Below are positions 31,218 to 41,725 of a stretch of DNA of 64,000 bases, piece by piece. The stretch comes from a candidate division FCPU426 bacterium. GTDB lineage: Bacteria; Oederibacteriota; Muellerivitia; Muellerivitales; Muellerivitaceae. How positions within the stretch are numbered: the stretch's first letter is position 1; the number at the start of each line of letters is the position of its first letter. Under the pieces are notes generated by a model, which made no database searches, was not told the DNA's origin, and saw nothing but the letters and a program-made list of their open reading frames with translations. Position numbers and translations under genes: made by a program. The stretch lies in the NCBI GenBank assembly GCA_963830915.1, contig CAWHOE010000057.1:1-64000 (forward strand), given 5' to 3'.

Positions 31218-34200
31218 ATGCCGTTTTTTATGGCTAAAAACATTATTAGAACTGCCGGGCTATGCTTGGTTTTAGCAGGGTACTTATTACCCCTGTTGCC
31301 CCATCAAGCCCTGGCCAATTGCAACGCCATCGCTTGGGACACTCAAAAGTCGGTCGGCACCGGTACTTCCCAAACACAAACCACTAAGACAACTGCCGCC
31401 CAGAACGCTGTCGCGGGGAATTTCTTTGTCGCGGTCGTGATCACCGGAGACGCCTTTCCCGCGAGCGTACCCACGGGCATATCGGACCTGGCGGGGAACA
31501 CCTGGACGAACCAGGTCTCCATCAATAGCACGGCGACCACTCCTGGCCTTTTCATCTATACCGCGCCCATCGTTACCGGCAACGCCGCGGATACCGTCAA
31601 GATCACTTTCAGCGCGAAACAAACATTCAATTTCATCGTTGGTCAGTACAAGGGGGTGGCTTCCGTCAGTTCGACCATCGTGACCGCGACCGGCAATTCT
31701 CTGTCGCCTTCCATCACCTATACCGGCGCCACGCCCGGCAATTACGTGGTGGGCGCCATGGCGATCCTGGAAAAGAACGTTCAAACCAAGGCAACAGGTA
31801 ATTTAAGAAGGGCCATGGACGCCTCCACCCTGGGTTCGGCGCTCATGGACAGCGTCAGCCCCGCCAGCGGCAACGTCACCCTTACTTCCGCCTACACCTC
31901 GGCGGCCATGAACTGGCAAACCGCCGCCATCCAATTGGTGGTTTTGCCTTGCACCCCCACGTCGACCTTCACCCCCAGCAATACCCCGACCGTCACCAAC
32001 ACGGCGACCATCACTTCCACTCCGACGGTCACGCCCACGGGAACATTGCCGCCCACCTACACCCCAACCATTACGGGGACCGCGACGAGTACCTCCACCT
32101 TCACCCCTCTGCCGACCGACACCTTCACCATCACGCCCACCCCCACCCCGCCGGAAGCCTGGAACTGCCTCAGCCTCTGGCAGTCCAGCGACACCGACCC
32201 CTGGGGGATGGCCGAGGATTCCACGGGCACTTATCTCTACGTGGCGGACGGGGCCAACAGCAGTATCGACGTGTTCAGCGTATCCACCGGGGCCGAGCTG
32301 GCCAACTGGACCGTTCCGGTTGGTTCCAACGGCAGCGGCTTTCCTTTCGGGGTCGCCGTGGATACCGCGGGAAAAGTTTATGTGACCGACACCAACAACA
32401 ACCAGGTGGATGTTTCCTGGGGATATAACACCGGCCACGCCACAGGTGCCAGCATCAATCAATGGGGGAGCGCCGTGCTGAATACCCCCTGGGGCATCGC
32501 CGTCAACGCGGCCGGCACCACGGTTTATGTGGCCGACAATGGCGACACAAGGGTGGCTTACTTCAAGGCAAATGGGACCGCCCTTGGCGAATTCGGCGGG
32601 CCAGCCGACGGCAGTCCGGTGACTTTCAGCAGTCCCACCGGTTTGGTCTATGACTCCACCGGAAATGTTTGGGTAGGGGACGATGTCACCGAACAGGTCT
32701 ATGAGTTCACCGCCACCGGCGGAACGCTCGAAACCCAAATGGACGCGAGCAACGGGTTGAAGGGAAGCGAGTTCCTCGCCGTGGCCGACGGATATGTTTA
32801 CGTGTCCGACGGGGCGGGGGATGTGGGCATCTATACCACCGGCGGAAGCATGATCGGCATCACGACCCAGGGAACTTCCAGTACTTTCATGGATACGGAG
32901 GGCGTGGCCGGTGACAGCACCGGCAACTGGTTCGTGGCGGATAACATCAATGGACTTATCTATAAATTCAACATGAGCAATTGTTCGCTGACACCAGTGA
33001 ACACCTTTACGGGTACCCCCACGAATACGGGGACTAATACACCGACGGTCTTATACACTTCCACTTACACCCCTACAAATACGGCTACGAATAGCGCGAC
33101 TAATACCTCTACCAATACGGCCACCAACACTTCTAGTAATACGGCTACTGATACTGCCACCAATAGCGCGACTGCGACGCCCTCCAACACCTCAACCGAT
33201 AGCGCTACTAACACCGCCACCAACACCGCGACCAATAGCGCGACTAATAGCGCAACCGCCTCCCAGACCAATAGCGCGACAGCCTCCCAGACCAATACCC
33301 CAACATCAACAGCGACTGGGACTGCAACATCAACAGCGACTGGGACCGCGACGAATACCGCGACTAATACGGCGACTAATACGGCGACTAATACGGCTAC
33401 CAACACTTCAATCAACACCACCACGAATACTGCGACGGCTACGGCGACGAATACCGGTACCAACACAGCTACGGATAGCCCGACTAATACGGCGACGGAT
33501 TCGATGACGGATACACCGTCCCTCACCGTTTCGCCTACGGCTACGCCAACAGCGACTAACACCATTACCTACACGCCCACCATCACCTGTACCTTTACCG
33601 CAACGGATACAGGTACCGTTCCGCCAACCGACACGCCCACCGCCACCGGGACGAATACGCCCACAGGTACCCCCACCAACACAGCCACGAATACGGGGAC
33701 GGGAACCGCCACTCAAACCGCTTCGAACTCGGCTACTAGTACACCCACCGATACCCCAACGGATTCGACAACACCAACTTCGTCGGCTACGCCAACAACT
33801 ACTAATACCGCTGTGAATAGCGCTACGGATACCTGTACTAATACACCCAACGATACAGCGACGGATTCGGCCACACCAACAGGTACTAATACCGCTACGT
33901 TCTCGCCGACCATCACCTGTACCTTTACCGCCACGGATACTGGGACCGTGCCGCCAACCGACACCCCCACTGTCACCGCGAGCGAAACACCTTCCGATAC
34001 ACCTACCAACACCCCTACAACAACAATGACGGGGACGGCATCGAATACAGCGACGGATACGGCGACTGACACCATTACCTACACACCGACAATTACTTGT
34101 ACCTACACGCCTACCGTTACAGGAACCCTTCCGTCCACCAATACGTTCACGATCACCGCGACGAATACCGTCACCGACACACCCACCAATACAGCGACGA

Positions 34201-35393
34201 ATACCCCTACGGTTTCGATGACGCCATCGGCTACGCAAACAGCGACCAATACCCCAACTAATACCCCAAGCGCGACTCCCTCCAACACCCCAACCTATTC
34301 GATGACACCCGCGGTCACCAACACGGTAACCGCTACGGCGTCCATCACCGCTACCTGGACAACGACGTTCACCGCCACCAACACCTCGGTCAATACCTTG
34401 GCTTCCACCTCTACCCCAACACCTACCAATAGCGCGACGGCAAGCGCGACGCCCTCCAACACCCCAACCTATTCGATGACGCCTGCGGTCACCAACACCG
34501 CGACGGATTCGATGACGCCTAGCGCGAGTGCAACGCCCTCCAACACCCAAACAAACACACCAACATCCAGTTGGACAGCCTCCCAGACCAATAGCGCGAC
34601 AGCCTCCCAGACCAATACCCCAACATCAACAGCGACTGGGACAGCAACATCAACAACGACTGGGACACCAACATCAACAATGACGGATTCGACTACGCCT
34701 ACCGCCAGCTGGACCGCGACCCGCACCCCGACTCCTTTGGCCACATCCACTCCTACCAACAGCCCAACCGTCACCGCGACGGCGCAATGCGGGCAAGAAA
34801 CGGTCGCCATTTATGATGAGAGCGGGGAATTGGTTGGGAATTTCTGCGCGGGTATCATCTTCCCCATCGGGTCGACTTATTCGATGACCATCTCGCCTTT
34901 TAAGCCCAACCCGACCGGCGGGGGAGGGACTATCACGGTCTATTTGAACGGACAGGTCATCTGCGTCTGGAACGTGAAAAGTTTTACCTTCTTAACGGCA
35001 CCCAACGGGTTCTACCGCTTTGTCCTGGTAGTGCATGACCTAAGCGGAGCCACCATTACCCTGTCCCAAGACGCTTTTATCCTTACGAATGAGGGCCAAC
35101 CGACCATTCAACTATCGGCCTTACCCAACACGGCGCACCCGGGGGACACGGTCCAGTTCTACGCTTCGTTGAACGGCAACCCGGCCGATAGTCAAAGCGC
35201 CCTCAAGATCTATAGCATCGCCGGGGAATGGCTCAAGACCCTGACCTTCACCAATGGTAAAACCTCATGGGACGCCACTAACAAAGACCTTCAACCGGTC
35301 GCGTCCGGGGTCTACCTGGCGGTATTGGTAGGGGTCGACCCGAACACGGGGGTAAAGGGAAATAAGATCGTGAAGGTATTGGTACTTCATTAA
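31218..35393 (+). CDS. Very large secreted protein with NHL propeller, ~600-aa Thr-rich stalk and CTD
   Basis: Signal peptide, NHL repeats, (TNTA)n/TPT stalk, [29 protein letters not shown]. Confidence 0.85.
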   Translation: MPFFMAKNIIRTAGLCLVLAGYLLPLLPHQALANCNAIAWDTQKSVGTGTSQTQTTKTTAAQNAVAGNFFVAVVITGDAFPASVPTGISDLAGNTWTNQVSINSTATTPGLFIYTAPIVTGNAADTVKITFSAKQTFNFIVGQYKGVASVSSTIVTATGNSLSPSITYTGATPGNYVVGAMAILEKNVQTKATGNLRRAMDASTLGSALMDSVSPASGNVTLTSAYTSAAMNWQTAAIQLVVLPCTPTSTFTPSNTPTVTNTATITSTPTVTPTGTLPPTYTPTITGTATSTSTFTPLPTDTFTITPTPTPPEAWNCLSLWQSSDTDPWGMAEDSTGTYLYVADGANSSIDVFSVSTGAELANWTVPVGSNGSGFPFGVAVDTAGKVYVTDTNNNQVDVSWGYNTGHATGASINQWGSAVLNTPWGIAVNAAGTTVYVADNGDTRVAYFKANGTALGEFGGPADGSPVTFSSPTGLVYDSTGNVWVGDDVTEQVYEFTATGGTLETQMDASNGLKGSEFLAVADGYVYVSDGAGDVGIYTTGGSMIGITTQGTSSTFMDTEGVAGDSTGNWFVADNINGLIYKFNMSNCSLTPVNTFTGTPTNTGTNTPTVLYTSTYTPTNTATNSATNTSTNTATNTSSNTATDTATNSATATPSNTSTDSATNTATNTATNSATNSATASQTNSATASQTNTPTSTATGTATSTATGTATNTATNTATNTATNTATNTSINTTTNTATATATNTGTNTATDSPTNTATDSMTDTPSLTVSPTATPTATNTITYTPTITCTFTATDTGTVPPTDTPTATGTNTPTGTPTNTATNTGTGTATQTASNSATSTPTDTPTDSTTPTSSATPTTTNTAVNSATDTCTNTPNDTATDSATPTGTNTATFSPTITCTFTATDTGTVPPTDTPTVTASETPSDTPTNTPTTTMTGTASNTATDTATDTITYTPTITCTYTPTVTGTLPSTNTFTITATNTVTDTPTNTATNTPTVSMTPSATQTATNTPTNTPSATPSNTPTYSMTPAVTNTVTATASITATWTTTFTATNTSVNTLASTSTPTPTNSATASATPSNTPTYSMTPAVTNTATDSMTPSASATPSNTQTNTPTSSWTASQTNSATASQTNTPTSTATGTATSTTTGTPTSTMTDSTTPTASWTATRTPTPLATSTPTNSPTVTATAQCGQETVAIYDESGELVGNFCAGIIFPIGSTYSMTISPFKPNPTGGGGTITVYLNGQVICVWNVKSFTFLTAPNGFYRFVLVVHDLSGATITLSQDAFILTNEGQPTIQLSALPNTAHPGDTVQFYASLNGNPADSQSALKIYSIAGEWLKTLTFTNGKTSWDATNKDLQPVASGVYLAVLVGVDPNTGVKGNKIVKVLVLH

Positions 35394-35481
35394 AGATACT
35401 TTTCCTGAATATGGGTCGCTTGCTTCCTTTGGGTTTATAATCACATTTATCTAAATAAGTATATTCAGCGAAGGAAAGCCT

Positions 35482-36699
35482 ATGTCCGACCAACCTATAA
35501 AGGTCTTCGAAACTAATCCCGGACTCAAGATAATCTTAACAATCGCTTTAGGATTCATTACCCTTCTAGTTATCACGGCTGGTATTTTCTTTTACTTCAT
35601 CTCAATTCAGGAACATGCCGGTGGAAGTGCTGATCTTCTTATACCTATTACCTGTGGTTTTGGCGCCTTAATCCTTATCTACGTCATTCTATCAATCCTA
35701 AAAGATAAAACGGAGATTTGGGCGGAGAGGATCCGTATCACCAAATTTTATAAAACCAGCCAAATGCTAAATGCCGATGTTTCTAATTTTGAGTTAATAC
35801 AAAATCGAAATGGTACCAGGGTAAAAGTTTTTGGGAAAGTGACTGAAAATTCTTTATTAGGCGGCGAGACCGAGAAAGATACCTTCATTATTTTGGCGCT
35901 GGTGGAATTCAAATCCTGGAATATCAGCATTGTCAGGGACCCAGTCGAGATCAAAACAAAAGAGGAACATAAACACGCCCTGGAAGATGAGAAATTAGGA
36001 AGCGATGAGACCGAAAGGAAAGAAACGCTTCAAAAGGCAAGGCGCTGGGGCAATATTTTGAACATTTCAATGATTGTGATCTCAGGATGGGGTTGGGTAT
36101 ATCCGAAACCCTATAGTTTGGTTGTTAGTCTTTTAATGATCATGCCCATCATCGCTTTTGGGGTTGTGATTCGTTTCAAAGGGGCCCTGCGTTTTGACGC
36201 TGGAACCAATAAGGTTTATACCTCTGTGGCCACTTTCCTTTATCCAATCGTGATCCTGGCACTACGGGCCTACTCGGATAGATTTATCATGGATCAAGAA
36301 ACAATGGTACTGCCCGTTATAATATTCACGCTCATTTTTGTGATCACGGCTTTTTATCTGTCGTTAGAGGTCAGAAATAATATTAGAGTCGCAGCTTATT
36401 TGTTGGTAGGATGCCTGCTTTTTGGATATGGAACATCTGTAATTCTGAACGACCTGTTGGATAAAGAACCATCCCGCAAATATGTTGCAACTGTGCTTAA
36501 TAAGCGATCATCACAAGGAAATAGGACCGTTTCGTACTATATGACCCTCGCGCCATGGGGGTCTCAATTGTTTCCGAGAGAATACAAAATTAGCAGTGAT
36601 GTCTATTACGATCCCAACAATAAATATTCCGTCCAGGTTCGCTTCTACAATGGCGCTTTCCATATTCCCTTTATCAAGTTTGAGGGAATGGGACAATAA
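35482..36699 (+). CDS. Multi-pass membrane protein, unknown function
   Basis: About 7 hydrophobic segments; AT-rich. Confidence 0.7.
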   Translation: MSDQPIKVFETNPGLKIILTIALGFITLLVITAGIFFYFISIQEHAGGSADLLIPITCGFGALILIYVILSILKDKTEIWAERIRITKFYKTSQMLNADVSNFELIQNRNGTRVKVFGKVTENSLLGGETEKDTFIILALVEFKSWNISIVRDPVEIKTKEEHKHALEDEKLGSDETERKETLQKARRWGNILNISMIVISGWGWVYPKPYSLVVSLLMIMPIIAFGVVIRFKGALRFDAGTNKVYTSVATFLYPIVILALRAYSDRFIMDQETMVLPVIIFTLIFVITAFYLSLEVRNNIRVAAYLLVGCLLFGYGTSVILNDLLDKEPSRKYVATVLNKRSSQGNRTVSYYMTLAPWGSQLFPREYKISSDVYYDPNNKYSVQVRFYNGAFHIPFIKFEGMGQ

Positions 36700-36735
36700 G
36701 TATTAAATAACCAACATGGCTCAGGTTAGTCTGCT

Positions 36736-37578
36736 TTATAGGCCGTATTTCGCGGCGTACAAATACATCATCGAAATGGTAAATAGATCGATGAGATAAT
36801 GGACGATGATCAGAGGCGTCACCCGCCGGGATTTTTGATAGTAATCAGAGAACAACAGAAAAAGTAAAAAGACAGGGATACACCTGAGCCAGCCTTGATA
36901 AAGATGATAGCCGGTCATGATCAAAGCGCTGGCAACAACTGCTATTTTCCCATTTCTCAGCCATGTGTTTAATTCCGTCATCAAAAATGCACGTATGATA
37001 AGTTCCTCAACGACCGCATTGGTCGCTACATACAACATCATGCCCCCAAATGGAGAATGTATGATTGCTGTTTGGAAAGGCGACGTAGATTGATTCTCGT
37101 ACCAGTTAGTACCTTTGATCTCGAAGTGAAAATAAAAATAATTCAAATAAGAGATAACAGACAAGATCACATAAATAGCCGCAAGATAAAGGAGCAAAAC
37201 AACCGTATCTTTCAGATCTTGCTTGGTAAAACTCAACCCCAGATCTTTGAAGCTTTGGCCCCGATCATATAAAAGGATAAAAAGAAAAGCGATGCAAACC
37301 AGATCAAAAGCTGTGTTGAAATTAGGATCGATGCGCTGTTCGAAAAATGATTTGCCTATATGAACATGGATTAAATATTGAAAACAACCCCAATAGGCCA
37401 TACCAAGGGCGGTGATTAAAAGCGAGACAGAAGGGATCCATCGCCTGCTGTTAAGCATATAACCGAAATATTTCATGAATATAACCTTTGAAGAATACGA
37501 TAGGCAATTATCTAACTTTGGTAAGACGCAGAGAAGGGTTTTGTGGCATTGGGAATGATTAAATTCCTTTATTCCCAA
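36736..37578 (-). CDS. CAAX/CPBP (Abi) family intramembrane metalloprotease
   Basis: EELIIR, HLYQG and IIVHYLID motifs; the true start is probably downstream of 37578. Confidence 0.85.
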   Translation of the reverse strand: MGIKEFNHSQCHKTLLCVLPKLDNCLSYSSKVIFMKYFGYMLNSRRWIPSVSLLITALGMAYWGCFQYLIHVHIGKSFFEQRIDPNFNTAFDLVCIAFLFILLYDRGQSFKDLGLSFTKQDLKDTVVLLLYLAAIYVILSVISYLNYFYFHFEIKGTNWYENQSTSPFQTAIIHSPFGGMMLYVATNAVVEELIIRAFLMTELNTWLRNGKIAVVASALIMTGYHLYQGWLRCIPVFLLFLLFSDYYQKSRRVTPLIIVHYLIDLFTISMMYLYAAKYGL

Positions 37579-37719
37579 TATAGCTAATCCAACATTTATA
37601 AATTAATCACTTGTGAGTGACCCATGTGCGGACGATTTGCCTTAATACACCATCATCTTAAACAGGCAAGATGTATTATTATGTGAACAAGGTTTTCAAT
37701 AAATATTGGGGAAGTCCTA

Positions 37720-38028
37720 ATGTTTATTCTCCTGTTTTGCTTGACCATTGCATTTGTTTTTGGAGGGTTTTTAAATTTATTTGTTTTATTTCGAATTAAT
37801 AAACTCTCACAGAAAATCAATAACTATTTGGGATCACGTTGGGCTTTATTGATGTTAACAACCGGATTAGGCGGGTTTTTATTTATCATTATTTGTTTTT
37901 TCATATCGTTATATATGGAATTTTCTTTAGAACATCGCTCCATATTATTGTCCTTCGGTATTTTCATTGGATGGATATTGGGTTTTTTCACAGGGCAGGC
38001 ATTGATTAAAGAACTTAAAAATAAGTAA
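37720..38028 (+). CDS. Small 3-TM membrane protein
   Basis: Hydrophobic, AT-rich, GGGGA upstream. Confidence 0.6.
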   Translation: MFILLFCLTIAFVFGGFLNLFVLFRINKLSQKINNYLGSRWALLMLTTGLGGFLFIIICFFISLYMEFSLEHRSILLSFGIFIGWILGFFTGQALIKELKNK

Positions 38029-38069
38029 GCTAATATTGCCTTTCATGATTACGCTTCTGTGAGCACCCT

Positions 38070-38819
38070 ATGTGCGGACGATTTGCCCTTAAAACCCCTT
38101 CGGCCAAGATTGCCAAGCTATTCCATGCTGACTTGTTTGAGGAATTCAACGAACACTACAACATCGCCCCCGCCGCCAGAATTCCTGTAGTCCAGTTCGA
38201 TGCCGAAAAGAAAACCAGAGTCATCAAACGGGATTATTGGGGATTGGTCCCTTATTGGGCGAAGAACACCAAGATTGCCTACAGCACTATGAACGCCAGG
38301 GCCGATACGGTCGCGGAGAAACCATCCTTTAGGCGAGCATTCCAGAAGATGCGCTGTTTGATCCTTATGGATGGATTTTTTGAATGGGAAAGGTCTACAA
38401 AACCATCCCAACCCTATTACTTCAGCATGAAAGATGAGCAACCATTCGCTTGTGCCGGGCTATATGAGACCTGGAAAGTCCATTGGATAGATGAGGAAAA
38501 GGGTTCAGGTAAAAAAGTTACCTGGCCATTGAACTTGGGAGGAAGGGAATACAACCAAGGGGATATTCTAGAATCATGTTCCATCATTACAACCGAAGCC
38601 AATTCCTTGATGTCCAAGATCCATGACCGAATGCCTGTTATCCTCGATCCCAAGGATTTCGACACCTGGTTAGACCCGCAGAATCAGGACCAAGCCATCC
38701 TAAAGCCCCTTCTGAAGCCTTACCCACCCGCCAAAATGCAAATGTGGCCAGTCGCTAGGACGGTCAATAAGGTGGGGGATGATGATTCGGTGAATTGTTT
38801 GAAGAAAATTCAAATCTAA
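38070..38819 (+). CDS. SOS response-associated peptidase (SRAP/YedK/HMCES family)
   Basis: MCGRF, YNIAP, WGLVP, NARADT, RCLI..DGFFEW, IHDRMPVIL. Confidence 0.95.
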   Translation: MCGRFALKTPSAKIAKLFHADLFEEFNEHYNIAPAARIPVVQFDAEKKTRVIKRDYWGLVPYWAKNTKIAYSTMNARADTVAEKPSFRRAFQKMRCLILMDGFFEWERSTKPSQPYYFSMKDEQPFACAGLYETWKVHWIDEEKGSGKKVTWPLNLGGREYNQGDILESCSIITTEANSLMSKIHDRMPVILDPKDFDTWLDPQNQDQAILKPLLKPYPPAKMQMWPVARTVNKVGDDDSVNCLKKIQI

Positions 38820-38883
38820 TATTTTTAGTTACCTACGAATAGCTTTTAATCTTGCTAACCCCCTTTGGAACCTGCTAAAAGGT

Positions 38884-38903
38884 AAGTATACAGCCGTATA
38901 CTT
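38884..38903. promoter_or_regulatory. Perfect palindromic operator AAGTATAC-AGCC-GTATACTT upstream of umuD
   Basis: 8-4-8 inverted repeat 22 bp before the ATG. Confidence 0.65.
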
Positions 38904-38925
38904 CCCGGTAATCCAAGGAATCCAG

Positions 38926-39384
38926 ATGAAAGCTACCTACATAGGCCCCCTCACAAGCTGTCCCGAAACCCTTATCCCTTTCTTAGAACCCCCTGTCCCA
39001 GCTGGTGCGCCTGGGCCACCAGAACATTACCGCGAAAAGCGCACAGACCTAAATAAGCTGTTTCTAGAACACCCGGACGATACCTATATATGGTCAGCCC
39101 GCGGCGGGTCTATGGAACCGGCCATCCATGATGGGGATTATTTGGTAATAGATCGATACCTAACCACCAAACCAGGGGATGTGATCATTGCTTTGGTGGA
39201 TGGGTGCCCTACTGTCAAAAAGGTCATGAAGAAGGATGACCAATTCTATCTACAACCAGAAAACCCCGACTACCAGCCCATACCCATCGACCCAGAGGAT
39301 GGGATAGGGTGCTGGGGGGTGGTTATCTATTCGATCCACCCCTTACGGGGCCCCCGCGAGATCCAACGTAAGCTAGGTCGTTAA
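38926..39384 (+). CDS. umuD: UmuD-like S24 peptidase
   Basis: VPAG cleavage-site region, DLNKL, GGSME (Ser), TVKK (Lys), L.PENPDY, WGVVIYSIH; no HTH. Confidence 0.85.
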   Translation: MKATYIGPLTSCPETLIPFLEPPVPAGAPGPPEHYREKRTDLNKLFLEHPDDTYIWSARGGSMEPAIHDGDYLVIDRYLTTKPGDVIIALVDGCPTVKKVMKKDDQFYLQPENPDYQPIPIDPEDGIGCWGVVIYSIHPLRGPREIQRKLGR

Positions 39385-39582
39385 GGGCCGGTTTGATTGG
39401 CTAGACAGTAAAATAATTCCCAATAAATCCTGATGGCCCAATGGCCAATTTTTCCCTGTTTTTATTACCCCTGAAAACAGTTCAAGTATGGCTATCCCAC
39501 CCGCTTAGGTTTAACTCGTAAACCCCTTTTCATTTGACCCCCCTTTTTGGATTTTATATAAATGCCATGATTGGGAGGGAAC

Positions 39583-40074
39583 CCACTGGCATTTCGGGGC
39601 TGTCCACTGGCATCCCCACTGGCATTTAGGGGCTGTCCACTGGCATCCCCACTGGCATTTAGGGGCTGTCCACTGGCATCCCCACTGGCATTTCGGGGCT
39701 GTCCACTGGCATCCCCACTGGCATTTTGGGGTCGTCCACTGGCATCCCCACTGGCATTTCGGGGCTGTCCACTGGCATCCCCACTGGCATTTTGGGGTCG
39801 TCCACTGGCACTCCCACTGGCATTTAGGGGCTGTCCACTGGCATCCCCACTGGCATTTAGGGGCTGTCCACTGGCATCCCCACTGGCATTTAGGGGCTGT
39901 CCACTGGCATCCCCACTGGCATTTAGGGGCTGTCCACTGGCATTCCCGCTGGCATTTCGGGGCTGTCCACTGGCACTCCCACTGGCATTTAGGGATTGTC
40001 CACTGGCATTCCCGCTGGCATTTCGGGGCTGTCCACTGGCATCCCCACTGGCATTTTTGGGTCGTCCACTGGCA
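39583..40074. repeat. Tandem array of 15 x 33-bp units (30 CCACTGGCA boxes)
   Basis: Unit CCACTGGCA-TTT(C/A/T)GGGG(CT/TC)GT-CCACTGGCA-(TCC/CTC/TTC); two boxes read CCGCTGGCA. Confidence 0.97.
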
Positions 40075-40144
40075 ACTAAAGGAGTCGTCGGTTATCCAGT
40101 TTGGTTTGATATAAGACTGAAAATTATCCTATAAGGAGCTATGT

Positions 40145-41626
40145 ATGGCTTTAATAAGACCTGAATCCAATGATTGGTTAGATCAGATTTCTGTTCTTGA
40201 AGACTTAATTAACAAAAATTCATCGATTACACGGGAAGATCAAAAAAAGGCCCTAAATCTCAAAGATAGTCAAATTACTAATTTAAAATCAATCATGGCC
40301 TGTTTCGATAAGGCCGCACGCGATCGGGTCCGACAAGCGGCTCTGGCCAAACCGCCTTATATTCTTTCTTTTAGTAACGCAGTAACCCTTGCACGTTTAA
40401 AAGGCCGTATTCCAAACTTATCAAAGACTGTAAATGAAGTACTGGATGTGGTCTTTGAACGCCAGTTTGCAACGAAGGAAATAAGAGCTTTGGTCATTTG
40501 GGTTATTAACGGCAACTCGGCTAAGACTTTTGACCCCGAAAACATCGCCCCCGAAGTAACACCTACCCCTAAGCTTAAAGCAACGGAATCAACAACCTCT
40601 AAACCTGCAACCGCTCCCAGTTCAGAACCAATTGACCAGGATCAGGCTGAAGAGGGAAATGATGCACCTGTGCGGAGGTCACATACCGAGGCACGGGGTG
40701 TGGTTGTACCAATTCCCGATGAAGGAATTGGTAAAGAAGATACCGATACAGAAGTTGAACCCATCCAGCCATCCGCCAGCCTCAAGACAGGGAACTCCAA
40801 TAAGACAAAGGTATCTGGGAATAGCTCGTCTAAAGCTGACGTCGTGATACCCAAATTTATAATAAATATTTTTATGACGCCTATATTGTTCGTTTGGCAT
40901 GCATTCGTTCAGGCTCTTAAGATCATTGGCAAATACTTCCAAAAGTTTTTAGTGGGATTTTTTGTCGTGCTTATCCTTATCGGAATACTCTACGCCGTTA
41001 TTTGGGTAGGTTATGAACGCCTTTATAAACAACATAGTTTCCATTGGTGCTTTGAAACGATGGTTTCCTCTGTTACCAGTACGAATGACGAACCTAAAAC
41101 TGCTGAAGTTGCTAAGCCAGTAACCTCTGTTGCTGTTGCGCCTACGGTTCAGCCGCAAGTAAAGGTCCAACCGACAGTCCCGCCACCGGCTAAAGTTAAA
41201 GCTAAACAACAACCAACTAAAAAAGTTATTTATGCCACCGATGAAACTACCAAATTAGCGTTGGACTTCGTCAGTAATTACTACGGGGTTTCTTATAAGA
41301 ATCTAGACGACATGATGGACTATTTCCATAAATGGCTGAATGACAGTTACGAAGATACTTTTATGGATAAAGTCCTACCCAATGACAGAAGACATGAGAT
41401 CAAGGACCAGAAATTGGTTTTGTCCTTTAAACCAACCCAACCAGTCAAATATTTGAAGGAAGGATCGACCTGGGATGAGGTCTTGGTCCAGGGAACATTG
41501 ACCACCCGATGCGAAAAAGAAGAGGGAACCGTGACCGTTACCACAGAATCGGTATCCTTGGCCATCGGTGTGATGCATACCGGCAATTCGGATGGGCCGA
41601 TCTGCGAAGTGCGGGAAGTGGAGTAA
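40145..41626 (+). CDS. Membrane-anchored protein: ParB/Spo0J-like HTH, linker, TM helix, VirB8/NTF2-like C-terminal domain
   Basis: AAGGAG RBS; ITREDQKKALNLKDSQITNL..LSFSNAVTLARL..FATKEIRALV; TM FLVGFFVVLILIGILYAVIWVGY; ALDFVSNYY..SYKN..VLVQG..GPICEVRE. Domain calls are by eye. Confidence 0.6.
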   Translation: MALIRPESNDWLDQISVLEDLINKNSSITREDQKKALNLKDSQITNLKSIMACFDKAARDRVRQAALAKPPYILSFSNAVTLARLKGRIPNLSKTVNEVLDVVFERQFATKEIRALVIWVINGNSAKTFDPENIAPEVTPTPKLKATESTTSKPATAPSSEPIDQDQAEEGNDAPVRRSHTEARGVVVPIPDEGIGKEDTDTEVEPIQPSASLKTGNSNKTKVSGNSSSKADVVIPKFIINIFMTPILFVWHAFVQALKIIGKYFQKFLVGFFVVLILIGILYAVIWVGYERLYKQHSFHWCFETMVSSVTSTNDEPKTAEVAKPVTSVAVAPTVQPQVKVQPTVPPPAKVKAKQQPTKKVIYATDETTKLALDFVSNYYGVSYKNLDDMMDYFHKWLNDSYEDTFMDKVLPNDRRHEIKDQKLVLSFKPTQPVKYLKEGSTWDEVLVQGTLTTRCEKEEGTVTVTTESVSLAIGVMHTGNSDGPICEVREVE

Positions 41627-41654
41627 TAGCCTTAGCCATTAATCGACATACAAG

Positions 41655-41683
41655 ACTTGAAATCACAATTTGTGATTTCAAGT
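41655..41683. promoter_or_regulatory. Perfect 29-bp palindrome upstream of the ORF6N gene
   Basis: ACTTGAAATCACAA-T-TTGTGATTTCAAGT, 14 bp before a TTGACA at 41698. Confidence 0.7.
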
Positions 41684-41725
41684 GACAGAATGTTTTTTTG
41701 ACAATTTATCCAGCTTGAGGCGCGT

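Noticed and set aside
33065..34810. Val/Gly-rich minus-strand ORFs here and opposite other stalks
   Set aside because: Antisense shadows of Thr/Pro codon repeats.
39583..40074. CRISPR array
   Set aside because: No unique spacers (linkers are 3 and 12 bp and nearly constant) and no cas genes in the window.
40091..40131. DnaA boxes next to the array (TTATCCAGT, TTATCCTAT)
   Set aside because: Two or more mismatches to TTATCCACA; chance level.
39571..40134. 187-aa PLAFRGCPLAS repeat protein
   Set aside because: TTG start without a convincing RBS; the frame is open simply because the stop-free unit is a multiple of 3. Not excluded, but unsupported.
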